Origin: an uncultured Actinomycetes bacterium
Lineage (GTDB): Bacteria > Actinomycetota > Actinomycetes > Streptosporangiales > Streptosporangiaceae
Assembly: GCA_963762735.1 (NCBI GenBank)
Contig: CAVXMG010000029.1
Span: 162,351-226,350, forward strand
Reading direction: 5' to 3'
Length of the DNA: 64,000 bases
In this document: one piece after another, positions 48,612 through 57,280 of the stretch
How positions within the stretch are numbered: the first letter of the stretch is position 1
Layout: every line of letters starts with the position of its first letter
Notes under the pieces: model-generated
What the model saw: only the letters and a program-made list of their open reading frames with translations
Database searches by the model: none
Told to the model about the DNA's origin: nothing
Made by a program: the position numbers and the translations under genes

Positions 48612-49131
48612 AAGCCCCTGGGTGAGCCTCGACCTTGTGGACGTGGAACTCCCCGATGGGCAGCGGTTCGAGCAGCACGTGGTGCGCATGGCCCGCCCGG
48701 TGGCCGGCGCCGCGGTCATCCGGGAACCGGGCCAGGTGCTGCTGATCTGGCGGCACCGGCACGTCACCGGCACCTGGGGCTGGGAGATCCCGATGGGACG
48801 GGTCGAGGAGGGCGAGTCCCCCGAGCAGGCCGCGGCCCGCGAGGTCGAGGAGGAGACCGGCTGGCGGGCGGGGCCGGCGCGCCTGCTTGTCGCCTCCCAG
48901 CCGTCCAACGGATCGGTGGACTCGGTGCACTACCTGTTCCGCGCCGACGGCGCCCGGTACGCCGGGCCGCCGTCCGACCGCACCGAGGCCGACCGGATCG
49001 AGTGGATCCCGCTGGCCGACGTCCCCGGGCTCATCGACCAGGGCGCGATCGTCAGCGGTGCCACCCTGATCGCGCTTCTCTACCTGCTCACGACGCGGGA
49101 GTCACCCAGCCCGTTACCTCGCCGAAACTGA
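48574..49131 (+). CDS. NUDIX hydrolase
   Basis: Nudix box GRVEEGESPEQAAAREVEEETGW. AAGGGGAGGG RBS. Confidence 0.85.
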   Translation: MQWTVHGRRPIYESPWVSLDLVDVELPDGQRFEQHVVRMARPVAGAAVIREPGQVLLIWRHRHVTGTWGWEIPMGRVEEGESPEQAAAREVEEETGWRAGPARLLVASQPSNGSVDSVHYLFRADGARYAGPPSDRTEADRIEWIPLADVPGLIDQGAIVSGATLIALLYLLTTRESPSPLPRRN

Positions 49132-50299
49132 TGACCGCACCGTCCAGGCCTGGCGCGGTGGCGGTGATCGCGACCTCGTCGCCGTCCTCGAGGAAGGCCC
49201 GCTGGCTGCCGTCGTCCAGGGTGATCGGCTCGGCGCCGTCGCGGGTCAGTTCCAGCAGGCAGCCCAGCTGGTCCCGGGCAGGCCCGCTGACCGTGCCCGA
49301 CGCGAACAGGTCACCGGTGCGCACCGGCGCACCGCCGCAGGTGAGGTGGGCGAGCATCTGCGCCGGGGTCCAGTACATGGTGGCGAACGGCGGGCGGCTG
49401 ACCAGGCAGCCGTTGATCCGGACCTCCAGGCTGAGGTCCAGGCCCCACGGATCCGGGCCGTCGCGAAGATAGGGCGGCGGCAGGAGATCCCGCGGCGGGG
49501 GAGCGACCCTGGCCGCGCCGAGCGCGGCGAGCGGCACCACCCATCCGGACACCGACGTGGCGAACGCCTTGCCAAGGAACGGGCCCAGCGGCACGGTCTC
49601 GAACGCCTGGATATCGCGTGCGGACCAGTCGTTCACCAGGCACGCGCCGAACACGTGCCGCTCGAAGTCCGCTACCGGCACCGGCTCGCCGTGCCGGGAC
49701 GGCACGCCCGCCACGAATCCCACCTCGGCCTCGAAATCCAGCCGCAGGCACGGCCCGAAGGACGGCCCGTCGTTCCCCGGTTCCCGGCGCTGCCCGTTCG
49801 GCCGGGCCACGGGGGTACCGGAGACCACCACGCTGCCCGCCCGGCCGTGGTAGCCAAGCGGCATGTGCAGCCAGTTCCGCGGCAGTGGCGGCTGGCCCGG
49901 CCGGAAGATCGCGCCCACGTTCTCCGCGTGGTTCCGTGACGCGTAGAAGTCCACGTAGTCGGCCACGGCGAACGGCAGGTGCAGCCGGGCCTCGCCGAGC
50001 GGGACCAGGTGCGGCCGCACCACGGCACGGTGCGCCGGGCTGGTCAGCCACTCGGTGATCCGCTCCCGTGCTTCCCGCCAGGCCGCGGGCCCGGCGGCGA
50101 GGAACCGGTTCAGGGCCGGCTCGGCGAACAGTTCACGCAGCGGGAGCCGCAGGTCGTCGGCTACGGCCGCCACGTCGAGCACCTGGTCCCCGATGGCGGC
50201 CCCCGCCCGCGGATCCCCGGCGGGTTCGGTGGAGAAGATTCCGAACGGGAGGTTGAGCACGCCGAATCCGGTCCCCGGCGGCAGGTCCAGCCAGGTCAC
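49088..50299 (-). CDS. fumarylacetoacetase (FAH family)
   Basis: GTG 50299 gives VTWLDLPPGTGFGVLNLPFGIFS..., 403 aa with a FAH C-terminal domain. Confidence 0.85.
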   Translation of the reverse strand: MTWLDLPPGTGFGVLNLPFGIFSTEPAGDPRAGAAIGDQVLDVAAVADDLRLPLRELFAEPALNRFLAAGPAAWREARERITEWLTSPAHRAVVRPHLVPLGEARLHLPFAVADYVDFYASRNHAENVGAIFRPGQPPLPRNWLHMPLGYHGRAGSVVVSGTPVARPNGQRREPGNDGPSFGPCLRLDFEAEVGFVAGVPSRHGEPVPVADFERHVFGACLVNDWSARDIQAFETVPLGPFLGKAFATSVSGWVVPLAALGAARVAPPPRDLLPPPYLRDGPDPWGLDLSLEVRINGCLVSRPPFATMYWTPAQMLAHLTCGGAPVRTGDLFASGTVSGPARDQLGCLLELTRDGAEPITLDDGSQRAFLEDGDEVAITATAPGLDGAVISFGEVTGWVTPAS

Positions 50300-50334
50300 G
50301 GGGGTTCCAGGGGGGTCGCTCCCCGGGCTAGCAC
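50297..50334. repeat. interspersed repeat, copy 4 (core half only)
   Basis: CACGGGGGTTCCAGGGGGGTCGCTCCCCGGGCTAGCAC. Its CTAG supplies the monooxygenase stop codon. Confidence 0.8.
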
Positions 50335-51917
50335 GGTGCCTCCGCCAGGGCCAGCGCACGGCGGAGTGCGGCCACGATCTCCGCCCGGCCCGGGTCGTGC
50401 AGCACCGCGGCGGCGTGCGCGTCCGGGCGGATCACCCACACCTCGCCGGGCGCGGCCAGCCCCGCCGCGGCCAGGCCAGCCCCGGAATCCGGCAGCGCCG
50501 CGGCGTCCAGCACCCGGACCGGCGCCGGCACCGCCTCCGCCGCACCGCGGGCCGCGGGCACGTCCGCGCCGGAGGCGCACAACAGCACGAAACCCGCCCG
50601 GGCCAGCGCGCGGAGGGTACCTGGGCAGGATCGTTCTGCAGAAAAAATAGGGACATCGGGGACGAGGATGCCCGGGCCCGGCGGGGGCACATCACCCCGG
50701 GCGGGGCGGCCCGCGCAGGGCCGGGCAGGGTCGGGCGTGGTCAGCGGTGAGGCGGTGTACCAGAACGGCTCGGCCAGCCGCCCCGAGTCCACCGCGGACC
50801 GGGCGGCGGGGTCGGCCACGGCGGCCTCAAGCGCGGCCACACGGTGCCGCCGCTCGGCGTCGGTGGCGGGAACAAGGAAGCGCATCGTGGCCGAGGTGAC
50901 CTCCAGGTTCTCGCGGGCGGCGGCGTGCCGTTCGGCATGGTAGCTGTCCAGCAGCGCCTCGGGCGCCCAGCCGCGCAGCACGAACGCGATCTTCCAGGCG
51001 GCGTTCTCCGCGTCCTGGACCCCGGAGTTCAGGCCCCGGGCGCCGAACGGGGAGAACTGGTGCGCCAGGTCGCCGGCCAGCAGCACCCGGCCCGCCCGCA
51101 TCCGGTCGGTGACCCGCGAGCTGAACCGGTACACCGAGGACCACAGCACCTCGTACGGCCGGTCGCCGATGATCTTCCGGATCCGGGCATGCCGGGCGGC
51201 GGGTGCCTCGTCGAAGCCGGCCGGCACCTGCCAGTCCAGCCGGTAGGTGGAGCCCGGGCACGGGTGGATGAGCACCTGCCGGCCGGGGTTCCACGGCGGG
51301 TCGAAGTAGAACCGCCGCTCCCGGGCCCAGCCGGGCAGGTCGGCGCGGATGTCGCAGATGAGGAACAGGTCGCCGAACGACTCCCCGTCGAAGCGCACGC
51401 CGAGCATCCGGCGGAGAGGCTCGCCGTGCGCTCCGGCGCAGGCGACGGCGTAGCCGGCCCGCAGCATGACAGGCCCGCCAGCGGTGGCGCAGGTCACGCT
51501 GACCCCGTCGGCGTCCTGGGCCAGCCCGGTGACCTGGTGGTCCCAGCGCACCGTGATCAGCGGCTGGGCGGCGATGCAGTCGTCGAGGATCTGCTCGGTC
51601 CGGGTCTGGGAGATGTTCACGAACGGCGGGAACGCGGAACGGCCCGGGCCGGCGAACGTGACGCTGAACAATTCCGCGTCCCGGTAGAACGTGCGCGCGG
51701 TGGTCCAGGTGACGCCCTCGTCGGCGATGCGCCGCCCGGCGCCGACCGCCGCCCAGGCATCGAGCACGTCCCGCTGCTGCACGATGGACTTGGAACCCAC
51801 CGCGTCCCGGTGCGGGCGCTGGTCGAGCAGCAGCACCGGCACGCCCCAGCGGGCGAGCATCAGCGCCGCGGTCTGCCCGACCGGGCCGTTGCCAAGTACT
51901 GCCACCAGCGGCGCCAT
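50328..51917 (-). CDS. FAD-dependent aromatic-ring monooxygenase
   Basis: ATG 51917 gives MAPLVAVLGNGPVGQTAALMLARWG (GxGxxG), then GRVLLAGDLAHQFSPFGARGLNSGVQD. Confidence 0.85.
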   Translation of the reverse strand: MAPLVAVLGNGPVGQTAALMLARWGVPVLLLDQRPHRDAVGSKSIVQQRDVLDAWAAVGAGRRIADEGVTWTTARTFYRDAELFSVTFAGPGRSAFPPFVNISQTRTEQILDDCIAAQPLITVRWDHQVTGLAQDADGVSVTCATAGGPVMLRAGYAVACAGAHGEPLRRMLGVRFDGESFGDLFLICDIRADLPGWARERRFYFDPPWNPGRQVLIHPCPGSTYRLDWQVPAGFDEAPAARHARIRKIIGDRPYEVLWSSVYRFSSRVTDRMRAGRVLLAGDLAHQFSPFGARGLNSGVQDAENAAWKIAFVLRGWAPEALLDSYHAERHAAARENLEVTSATMRFLVPATDAERRHRVAALEAAVADPAARSAVDSGRLAEPFWYTASPLTTPDPARPCAGRPARGDVPPPGPGILVPDVPIFSAERSCPGTLRALARAGFVLLCASGADVPAARGAAEAVPAPVRVLDAAALPDSGAGLAAAGLAAPGEVWVIRPDAHAAAVLHDPGRAEIVAALRRALALAEAPC

Positions 51918-51921
51918 CGGG

Positions 51922-52884
51922 TCAGCCCTGCAGTTCGTCCCAGACCTCGCGGTCGCGCATTGCGGTCCAGATCCGCGGCCGCTCGATCCCGGACAGTTCG
52001 TCCCACAGCCGGGAGGTGTTGAACGGCATGCAGTGCTCGAAGATCGGCCAGCGCCCGTACTGCTCAGCCAGCGCGGCGTGCGCGCCTTCGAACGCCTCTT
52101 TGAGCGTGCCGCCGCGTTGGTGTACCGCGCCGACCTCGGCCAGCATGGTGTCGAGGAAATGCCGGGTCTGGCCGACGGCAGCCGCGCAGGCATCCGCGCC
52201 GCGTGCCACTGCGCCCCGGCCGCCGACCAGGGTTTCCGCGCCAAGCGCCGCGACCTGGTCCAGCGTGCCAGCGGCCCACTCGCGGTGGAACGCGTCCCCG
52301 GTGTAGAGCGCGGCCTGCGCCTCCACCAGGTCACCGGCGAACATGATCCGCCGGCCCGGCAGCCACGCCACGATGTCGCCCTCGGTGTGCCCGCGCCCGC
52401 AGTACTGCAGCACCAGGTCGCCGCGCCCGCCGCCCAGGTCGATCGTGAACCGGTCGGTGAACGTCGCGGTCGGCCAGGTCAGCCCTGGGATCGAGGCCGG
52501 CTCCTTGAAAAGCCTTGGCATCCGCCCGTACTCCGACTCCCAGTCCTGCCGCCCGCGCTCGGCGATCAGTTCCCTTGTCTTTTCATGCGTAACGATGATT
52601 TCGGCGCCGAACGCGCTCGCGCCGAGCACCCGGACTGCGTGGTAATGCGAAAGCACCAGGTAGCGAACGGGCTTGCCGGTGTGCTGGCGGAGCCGGGCAA
52701 GCCACTCGCGGGCGGCGACCGGGGTGGCCATGGCCTCGAAGCAGACAAGGAAGTCCTCGCCCTCGATCGCGCCCACGTTCGGGTCGCCCTCGGCGGTCAG
52801 CGCGTAGACCCCGTCGGCGAGGATCTCCAGGGTCTGCTCTTTCGTGGCCAGGTCCGCCGAGGAGGCGAACGCTTTGGGAGCCAT
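51922..52884 (-). CDS. MBL-fold metallo-hydrolase
   Basis: LVLSHYHAVRV (HxHxD-like) and GRGHTEGD motifs. 320 aa from ATG 52884. Confidence 0.8.
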   Translation of the reverse strand: MAPKAFASSADLATKEQTLEILADGVYALTAEGDPNVGAIEGEDFLVCFEAMATPVAAREWLARLRQHTGKPVRYLVLSHYHAVRVLGASAFGAEIIVTHEKTRELIAERGRQDWESEYGRMPRLFKEPASIPGLTWPTATFTDRFTIDLGGGRGDLVLQYCGRGHTEGDIVAWLPGRRIMFAGDLVEAQAALYTGDAFHREWAAGTLDQVAALGAETLVGGRGAVARGADACAAAVGQTRHFLDTMLAEVGAVHQRGGTLKEAFEGAHAALAEQYGRWPIFEHCMPFNTSRLWDELSGIERPRIWTAMRDREVWDELQG

Positions 52885-52936
52885 GACCCACCTCGACTCG
52901 ATCGGTTTCCGGTAACTCGATCGTAGGCGGGCGGCC

Positions 52937-55888
52937 TTAGCCAAGGCTGCGCAGCCTGGACCGGACCTGGCCGGCGTCGGGGTGGCGGAGTTCGTCCAGG
53001 ATGTCCACGGCCTGCTGCCAGGCATCCCGGGCGGGGCCCTGATCGCCGGCGGTGGCCAGCGCGTCACCCAGGTGGGTGAGCAGGGTCGCCTGGTCGCACC
53101 GGGAGTCCAGTTCCCTGAGCACATCCAGGGCCTGGCGGTAGCAGTCCACCGCCTTGTCGTGCTGGCTGGCGCGGTGGTAGGCGTACCCCACGCTGTCCAG
53201 CGTCTGGGCCTCGCCGCTGCGGCAGCCGAGCTCACGGAACACCTCGAGCGCCTGGTGGCAACGCCTCAGCGCGTCCTCGTACTGTCCCTGATAGGCGTGG
53301 TAGTACCCGATGTTGTTGAGCGCCCCGGCCCACAGCATCCGGTTCCCGGCGGCTTCGGCGAGCGTGAGCGCCTGCCCGGCGTGGTCCAGCGCCCTGGCCA
53401 GGTCGTCCTGGGCCCGGAACGTCCGGCCAAGCTCCAGGTGGCTGCGGGCCTGACCGGCCTGGTCACCGAGCGCGGCGAACAGTGCCAGGGCCGAGCGCAG
53501 CTGCGCGCGGGCCGCTGCGTAGGTGCCCAGCCGCAGCGATGCGCGGCCCAGGTCGAACCGTGCCCGGGCCTGGCCGGCCAGGTCGTCGGCGCGCTGGGCC
53601 GCGGCCAGGGCGATGCGCTGCACGTCCGCCCAGTCGTGCCAGTCGCCGTGCCGCTTGAAGTAGGTTGCCTGCGCCCAGGCGAGTTGCCAGGCATGCCGGC
53701 CGAATCCGGCCCTGGCGGCCAGCGCGACCGCCGCGAGCAGGACCCGCTGCTCGGCCTGGAACCAGGCCAGTGCCTGGTCGTGTGAGGTGATCGGCTCGGG
53801 GCTCACCCCGGGGGCGGGCGGGCTCAGCTCGGTCGGTTCCCGCTGGGGGTCCAGGCACAGGTCCGCGGCGTGAGCGGTGTGCAGGTAGTGGTCGAGCACC
53901 CGGCAGACGGCCGCCCGCCGTGTGGCGCCGTCCACGTCCGCGTCGGCCCGCTCGGCGGCGTACTCCCTGAGCAGGTCGTGGCCGCCGAGGCGGCCGCTGG
54001 CGCCCCCGGCCAGCAGGTGGGCGCCGGCCAGTTCGGCGAGGGCGGCCCGCGCCTCGCCCAGCGGGACCCCGGCCAGGCTCGCCGCGGCCAGGGCGGTGAC
54101 GTCGGGCCCGGGGTGCACGCCGGTCAGGGCGAACATGCGCGCCGCCGGCGGGCTCAGGTTCCGGTAGGACCAGGAGAACACCGCGCGCACGTCGGTGGCC
54201 ACGTCCTGGGTGGCCAGCGTGTCCAGGCGCGCCATGGCCAGTTCGGCGGCCAGGTCGGCCAGGGAGAGGCCGGGGTTGGTAGCTGCGTGCGCGGCCGCTA
54301 TGGACAGGGCCAGCGGCAGCCGGGCACAGAGCCGGATCAGTTCGGCAGCCGCCTGCGGCTCGGCCGCCAGCCGCTGTGCTCCCAGGCGGCGCTCAAGCAG
54401 TTCCCTGGCCTCGGTCTCGGTCAGCACGTCCAGCGTGAGCAGCGCCGCGCCGTCGGAGGCGGCCAGGCCGGTGAGCCGGTTGCGGCTGGTCACCACCGTC
54501 AGGCAGCGCGGGCTGCTGGGCAGCAGCGGCCGGACCTGCTCGGCGTTGCGCACGTTGTCGAGCACGATCAGGACGCGGCGGTCGGCCAGCAGGCTCCGGT
54601 ACAGGCCCACCTGAGCCGGTGCGCCCGACGGGATCGCCTCGTGCGGCACGCCGAGCGCGGCCAGGAACCCGCGGACGGCTTCCGCGGAGGTCAGCGGCGC
54701 CCGTGCGGGGCCGAAGCCCTGCAGGTCGGCATAGAGCTGGCCGTGCGGGAACCGGGCCGCGACCTGGTGCGCCCAGTGCAGCACCAGCGCCGTCTTGCCG
54801 ACCCCCGCTGCTCCGCCGACGGCCGAGATCAGCACGGTCCCCACGGTTGTGGCCAGCTGGTCCAGGCTGCGGGTGAGCTGCCGCAGCTCCGTCGTACGAC
54901 CGGCGAAATACCGCGGTGCCGGGGGAAGCTGGCGCGGCGGAGTGCGCACCGCCACGGGCTGGGCGAGGGCTCCGGTGGCCGCCCGAGGTGCCGGGACGTC
55001 GGCACGGCCGGGCTCCGGAAGCCCGCCTGCCCCGCCGTCACCTGCCCCGCCGTCACCTGCCCCGCCGTCACCCGCCCCGCCGGCGCCGCCGCCGCTTGCC
55101 ATGGTGCCGCCCGCCGCGGTGCCCGCAGCCCCGCCCGGCCAACGCAACCGGCCGTCGGCCGCCAGGATGAGCTGGTGCAGGTGCTGGAGCTCGGCCCCGG
55201 GCTCCACGCCAAGCTCGTCGACGAGCATCCGGCGCACCCCGTGATAGGCGGCCAGCGCGTCCGCCTGGCGGCCGCACCGGTACAGGGCGAGCATCAGGTA
55301 GGCGTGCAGCCGCTCGCGCAGCGGGAACTGCGTGATCAGTGCCTGCAGTTGCGGGACCGCCTCCGCGTGCCTGCCCAGGTGCAGTTGCGCTTCCAGGCGC
55401 CATTCCATCGCCTGCAAACGCAATTGCTCCAGGCGCGGTACCTCGCTGCGCCTTAACGCGTCTGAAGGTACGTCAGAAAGGGGCGCACCGCGCCACAGGT
55501 CCAGGGCTTCCCCGAGAAAGGTGCCGCCCCGCTCCCACAGCCCGGACTGGACCGCCGCAGCGCCGGCCGCACACAGCCGGGTGAACTGCGCGAGGTCGAG
55601 TTCGGCCTCGTCAAGCTCGATACGGTAACCGGGGTCGTGCGTCTTGATCCGGGAAGCCATCTCCGGCCCCAGCCCCTGCCGGAGGCGCTTGACGTAGTTC
55701 CGCAGCGTGGCCCTTGCCGCAGGTGGGGCCTTGTCTCCCCAGACCGCGTCGGTCAGTTCGTCGAACGACACCACCCGGTTCGGCTGCATCGTCAGGGCCG
55801 CGAGCACGACCCGCTGCTTGGCCGCCGGGACCGGAATGACCGCGTCATCGTGCTCGACGTGCAGGGTGCCAAGCAAACCTAGCCACAC
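52937..55888 (-). CDS. AfsR/SARP-family transcriptional regulator (BTAD + NB-ARC ATPase + TPR)
   Basis: GTG 55888 gives VWLGLLGTLHV... OmpR-type DNA-binding and BTAD domains, P-loop GGAAGVGKTAL, and C-terminal TPR repeats. Confidence 0.9.
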   Translation of the reverse strand: MWLGLLGTLHVEHDDAVIPVPAAKQRVVLAALTMQPNRVVSFDELTDAVWGDKAPPAARATLRNYVKRLRQGLGPEMASRIKTHDPGYRIELDEAELDLAQFTRLCAAGAAAVQSGLWERGGTFLGEALDLWRGAPLSDVPSDALRRSEVPRLEQLRLQAMEWRLEAQLHLGRHAEAVPQLQALITQFPLRERLHAYLMLALYRCGRQADALAAYHGVRRMLVDELGVEPGAELQHLHQLILAADGRLRWPGGAAGTAAGGTMASGGGAGGAGDGGAGDGGAGDGGAGGLPEPGRADVPAPRAATGALAQPVAVRTPPRQLPPAPRYFAGRTTELRQLTRSLDQLATTVGTVLISAVGGAAGVGKTALVLHWAHQVAARFPHGQLYADLQGFGPARAPLTSAEAVRGFLAALGVPHEAIPSGAPAQVGLYRSLLADRRVLIVLDNVRNAEQVRPLLPSSPRCLTVVTSRNRLTGLAASDGAALLTLDVLTETEARELLERRLGAQRLAAEPQAAAELIRLCARLPLALSIAAAHAATNPGLSLADLAAELAMARLDTLATQDVATDVRAVFSWSYRNLSPPAARMFALTGVHPGPDVTALAAASLAGVPLGEARAALAELAGAHLLAGGASGRLGGHDLLREYAAERADADVDGATRRAAVCRVLDHYLHTAHAADLCLDPQREPTELSPPAPGVSPEPITSHDQALAWFQAEQRVLLAAVALAARAGFGRHAWQLAWAQATYFKRHGDWHDWADVQRIALAAAQRADDLAGQARARFDLGRASLRLGTYAAARAQLRSALALFAALGDQAGQARSHLELGRTFRAQDDLARALDHAGQALTLAEAAGNRMLWAGALNNIGYYHAYQGQYEDALRRCHQALEVFRELGCRSGEAQTLDSVGYAYHRASQHDKAVDCYRQALDVLRELDSRCDQATLLTHLGDALATAGDQGPARDAWQQAVDILDELRHPDAGQVRSRLRSLG
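55026..55085. repeat. 15-bp tandem repeat (CCTGCCCCGCCGTCA x3 plus a partial unit) inside the SARP gene
   Basis: Encodes the (GDGGA)n linker between the BTAD and NB-ARC domains. Confidence 0.85.
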
Positions 55889-56102
55889 GCCTGTCTCCCA
55901 TGTCGGCCGGGACGCCAGCGCCCGGTCGGGCTTACTTGGCAAGCCATGTCGCGGCCATTTCCGGCTAAGCCATGGGGTGCTGGGTGTTTCACCAAGTTTG
56001 ACTATTAATGAAAGTACCGGGGTGGGCGCCGTGTGGTCCGGCAAACGTGTGCGATGGTGCCTGCGCGACGTCTGCCGGCCGCGTACCGCCTGCGAGCACG
56101 GG

Positions 56103-56567
56103 CTAGCGGACCCGGCGCAGGACGACCCCGAGCAGCCGGTCGCCGGGGAAGTACCCGAGCTGGCGGGAGTCGTAGCTGCGCGCCGCGTTGTCGCCGAGCA
56201 CGGCGAACTTGCCGGGAGGAACCTGCGGCCCCAGCCGGCCTCCAGTGCCGGGCAGGCACGCGTCCGGGCGGGCGTCGCCAGGCAGGGCCACCACTCTCTT
56301 GATCATCCAGCTGTGGTGGCCGGCCCGCCCCCGGGGCGGTGGGGTACGCCAGGTGCCGCCCCGGCCGGGTTCTTCGACCACCACCACCTGTCCCAGCCGC
56401 AACTGCCCGACCCGGGCGCGGCGTACCAGCACCCGGTCTCCGGGGGTGTAGGTCGGCCGCATGCTTTCCCCGGTCACCGTCACCAGGGTGAGCTGGCGCC
56501 GCAGCACGACCAATACGCCGCCCAGCGCCAGCAGCGGCAGCCCGGCACCCAGCAGGTAGCCCCACAT
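56103..56567 (-). CDS. S26 family signal peptidase I (small, 154 aa)
   Basis: GESMRPTY catalytic Ser box, IKRVVALPGD, GDNAARSYDSR. TGATG overlap with the MauE gene. Confidence 0.85.
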   Translation of the reverse strand: MWGYLLGAGLPLLALGGVLVVLRRQLTLVTVTGESMRPTYTPGDRVLVRRARVGQLRLGQVVVVEEPGRGGTWRTPPPRGRAGHHSWMIKRVVALPGDARPDACLPGTGGRLGPQVPPGKFAVLGDNAARSYDSRQLGYFPGDRLLGVVLRRVR

Positions 56568-57280
56568 CAGCCGGCTGCCCGTCGCGCGGCGTGCCTGGTG
56601 GCGGTGGCGGGGCGCGGTGCGGTCTCGGTGGCGGGGCGCGGTGCGGTGGCGGGGCGCGGTGCGGTGGCGGGGCGCGGTGCGGTCTCGGCGGGATGCCGTG
56701 GGGAAGCGGCCGCTCCGGGGACGGCCACGAACAGGTCAGCGAGGTCTTCCCAGCGGATGATCACCAGCGCCGCCAGGGATCCGGTGGCCGCAGCCAGCGC
56801 GGCGGCCGCGGGGACCGGTTGCCCGTGCGCCAGCGGGCCGGCGACGAGACCGGTGACCAGAACGGCGAGCAGGCCGGCGTTGCGCGCCAGGTGCGCCCGG
56901 CCCAGCGGGCGGCCCGCCCTCGCGCCGAAGCAGGCGCACCGCGCCCGGGCGCCGCTGCGGATCGTGGCCGCGACCCCGGCGGCCAGCATTGCGGTGAGTG
57001 CCGCCGCGCAGGCCAGGGCGCCCTGCGCGGCTGGCAGCACACCTTGTTCCCCGGCTACGCCGGTGACCACGGCCAGGACCGCGAGGATGGCAGCGATCAG
57101 CGCCTCACCGCCCGCCAGCAGCGCGGCAGTCGCGGGCAGGGCACGCGCCGGGATCAGGCCGGTCTCACGCAGTCCGGCCACAAACCCGCGGTAGGCACGG
57201 TGGCCCCGAAGCTTGCTGCCCGCGGAAACGGCGAAGACCCAGGCCCCCAGCGTCAGTACCGCGAGCGCGACGTCACCCAT
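56567..57280 (-). CDS. MauE/DoxX-family redox-associated membrane protein
   Basis: Four or five TM helices and a CACFG motif. C-terminal (APRPAT)n tail. ATG 57280 overlaps the ABC stop (ATGGGTGA). Confidence 0.8.
   Translation of the reverse strand: MGDVALAVLTLGAWVFAVSAGSKLRGHRAYRGFVAGLRETGLIPARALPATAALLAGGEALIAAILAVLAVVTGVAGEQGVLPAAQGALACAAALTAMLAAGVAATIRSGARARCACFGARAGRPLGRAHLARNAGLLAVLVTGLVAGPLAHGQPVPAAAALAAATGSLAALVIIRWEDLADLFVAVPGAAASPRHPAETAPRPATAPRPATAPRPATETAPRPATATRHAARRAAG
56603..56686. repeat. 18-bp tandem repeat (GGTGGCGGGGCGCGGTGC x4, two units followed by GGTCTC)
   Basis: Units at 56603, 56627, 56645 and 56663. Encodes the Pro/Ala/Thr/Arg-rich tail of the MauE-like protein. 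Confidence 0.85.

Noticed and set aside
49088-49131. The 44-nt convergent overlap of the NUDIX and fumarylacetoacetase 3' ends as a regulatory antisense arrangement.
   Set aside because: It is more simply explained by chance extension of one ORF in stop-poor DNA. There is no supporting structure or motif.
50328-52334. The 668-aa ORF as one protein. The same applies to 34658..36076 (472 aa), 51922..53235 (437 aa) and 57273..59585 (770 aa).
   Set aside because: The N-terminal extensions are low-complexity run-ons that overlap the neighbouring gene or repeat element. Internal starts with RBS-like sequences give proteins of the family-typical length.
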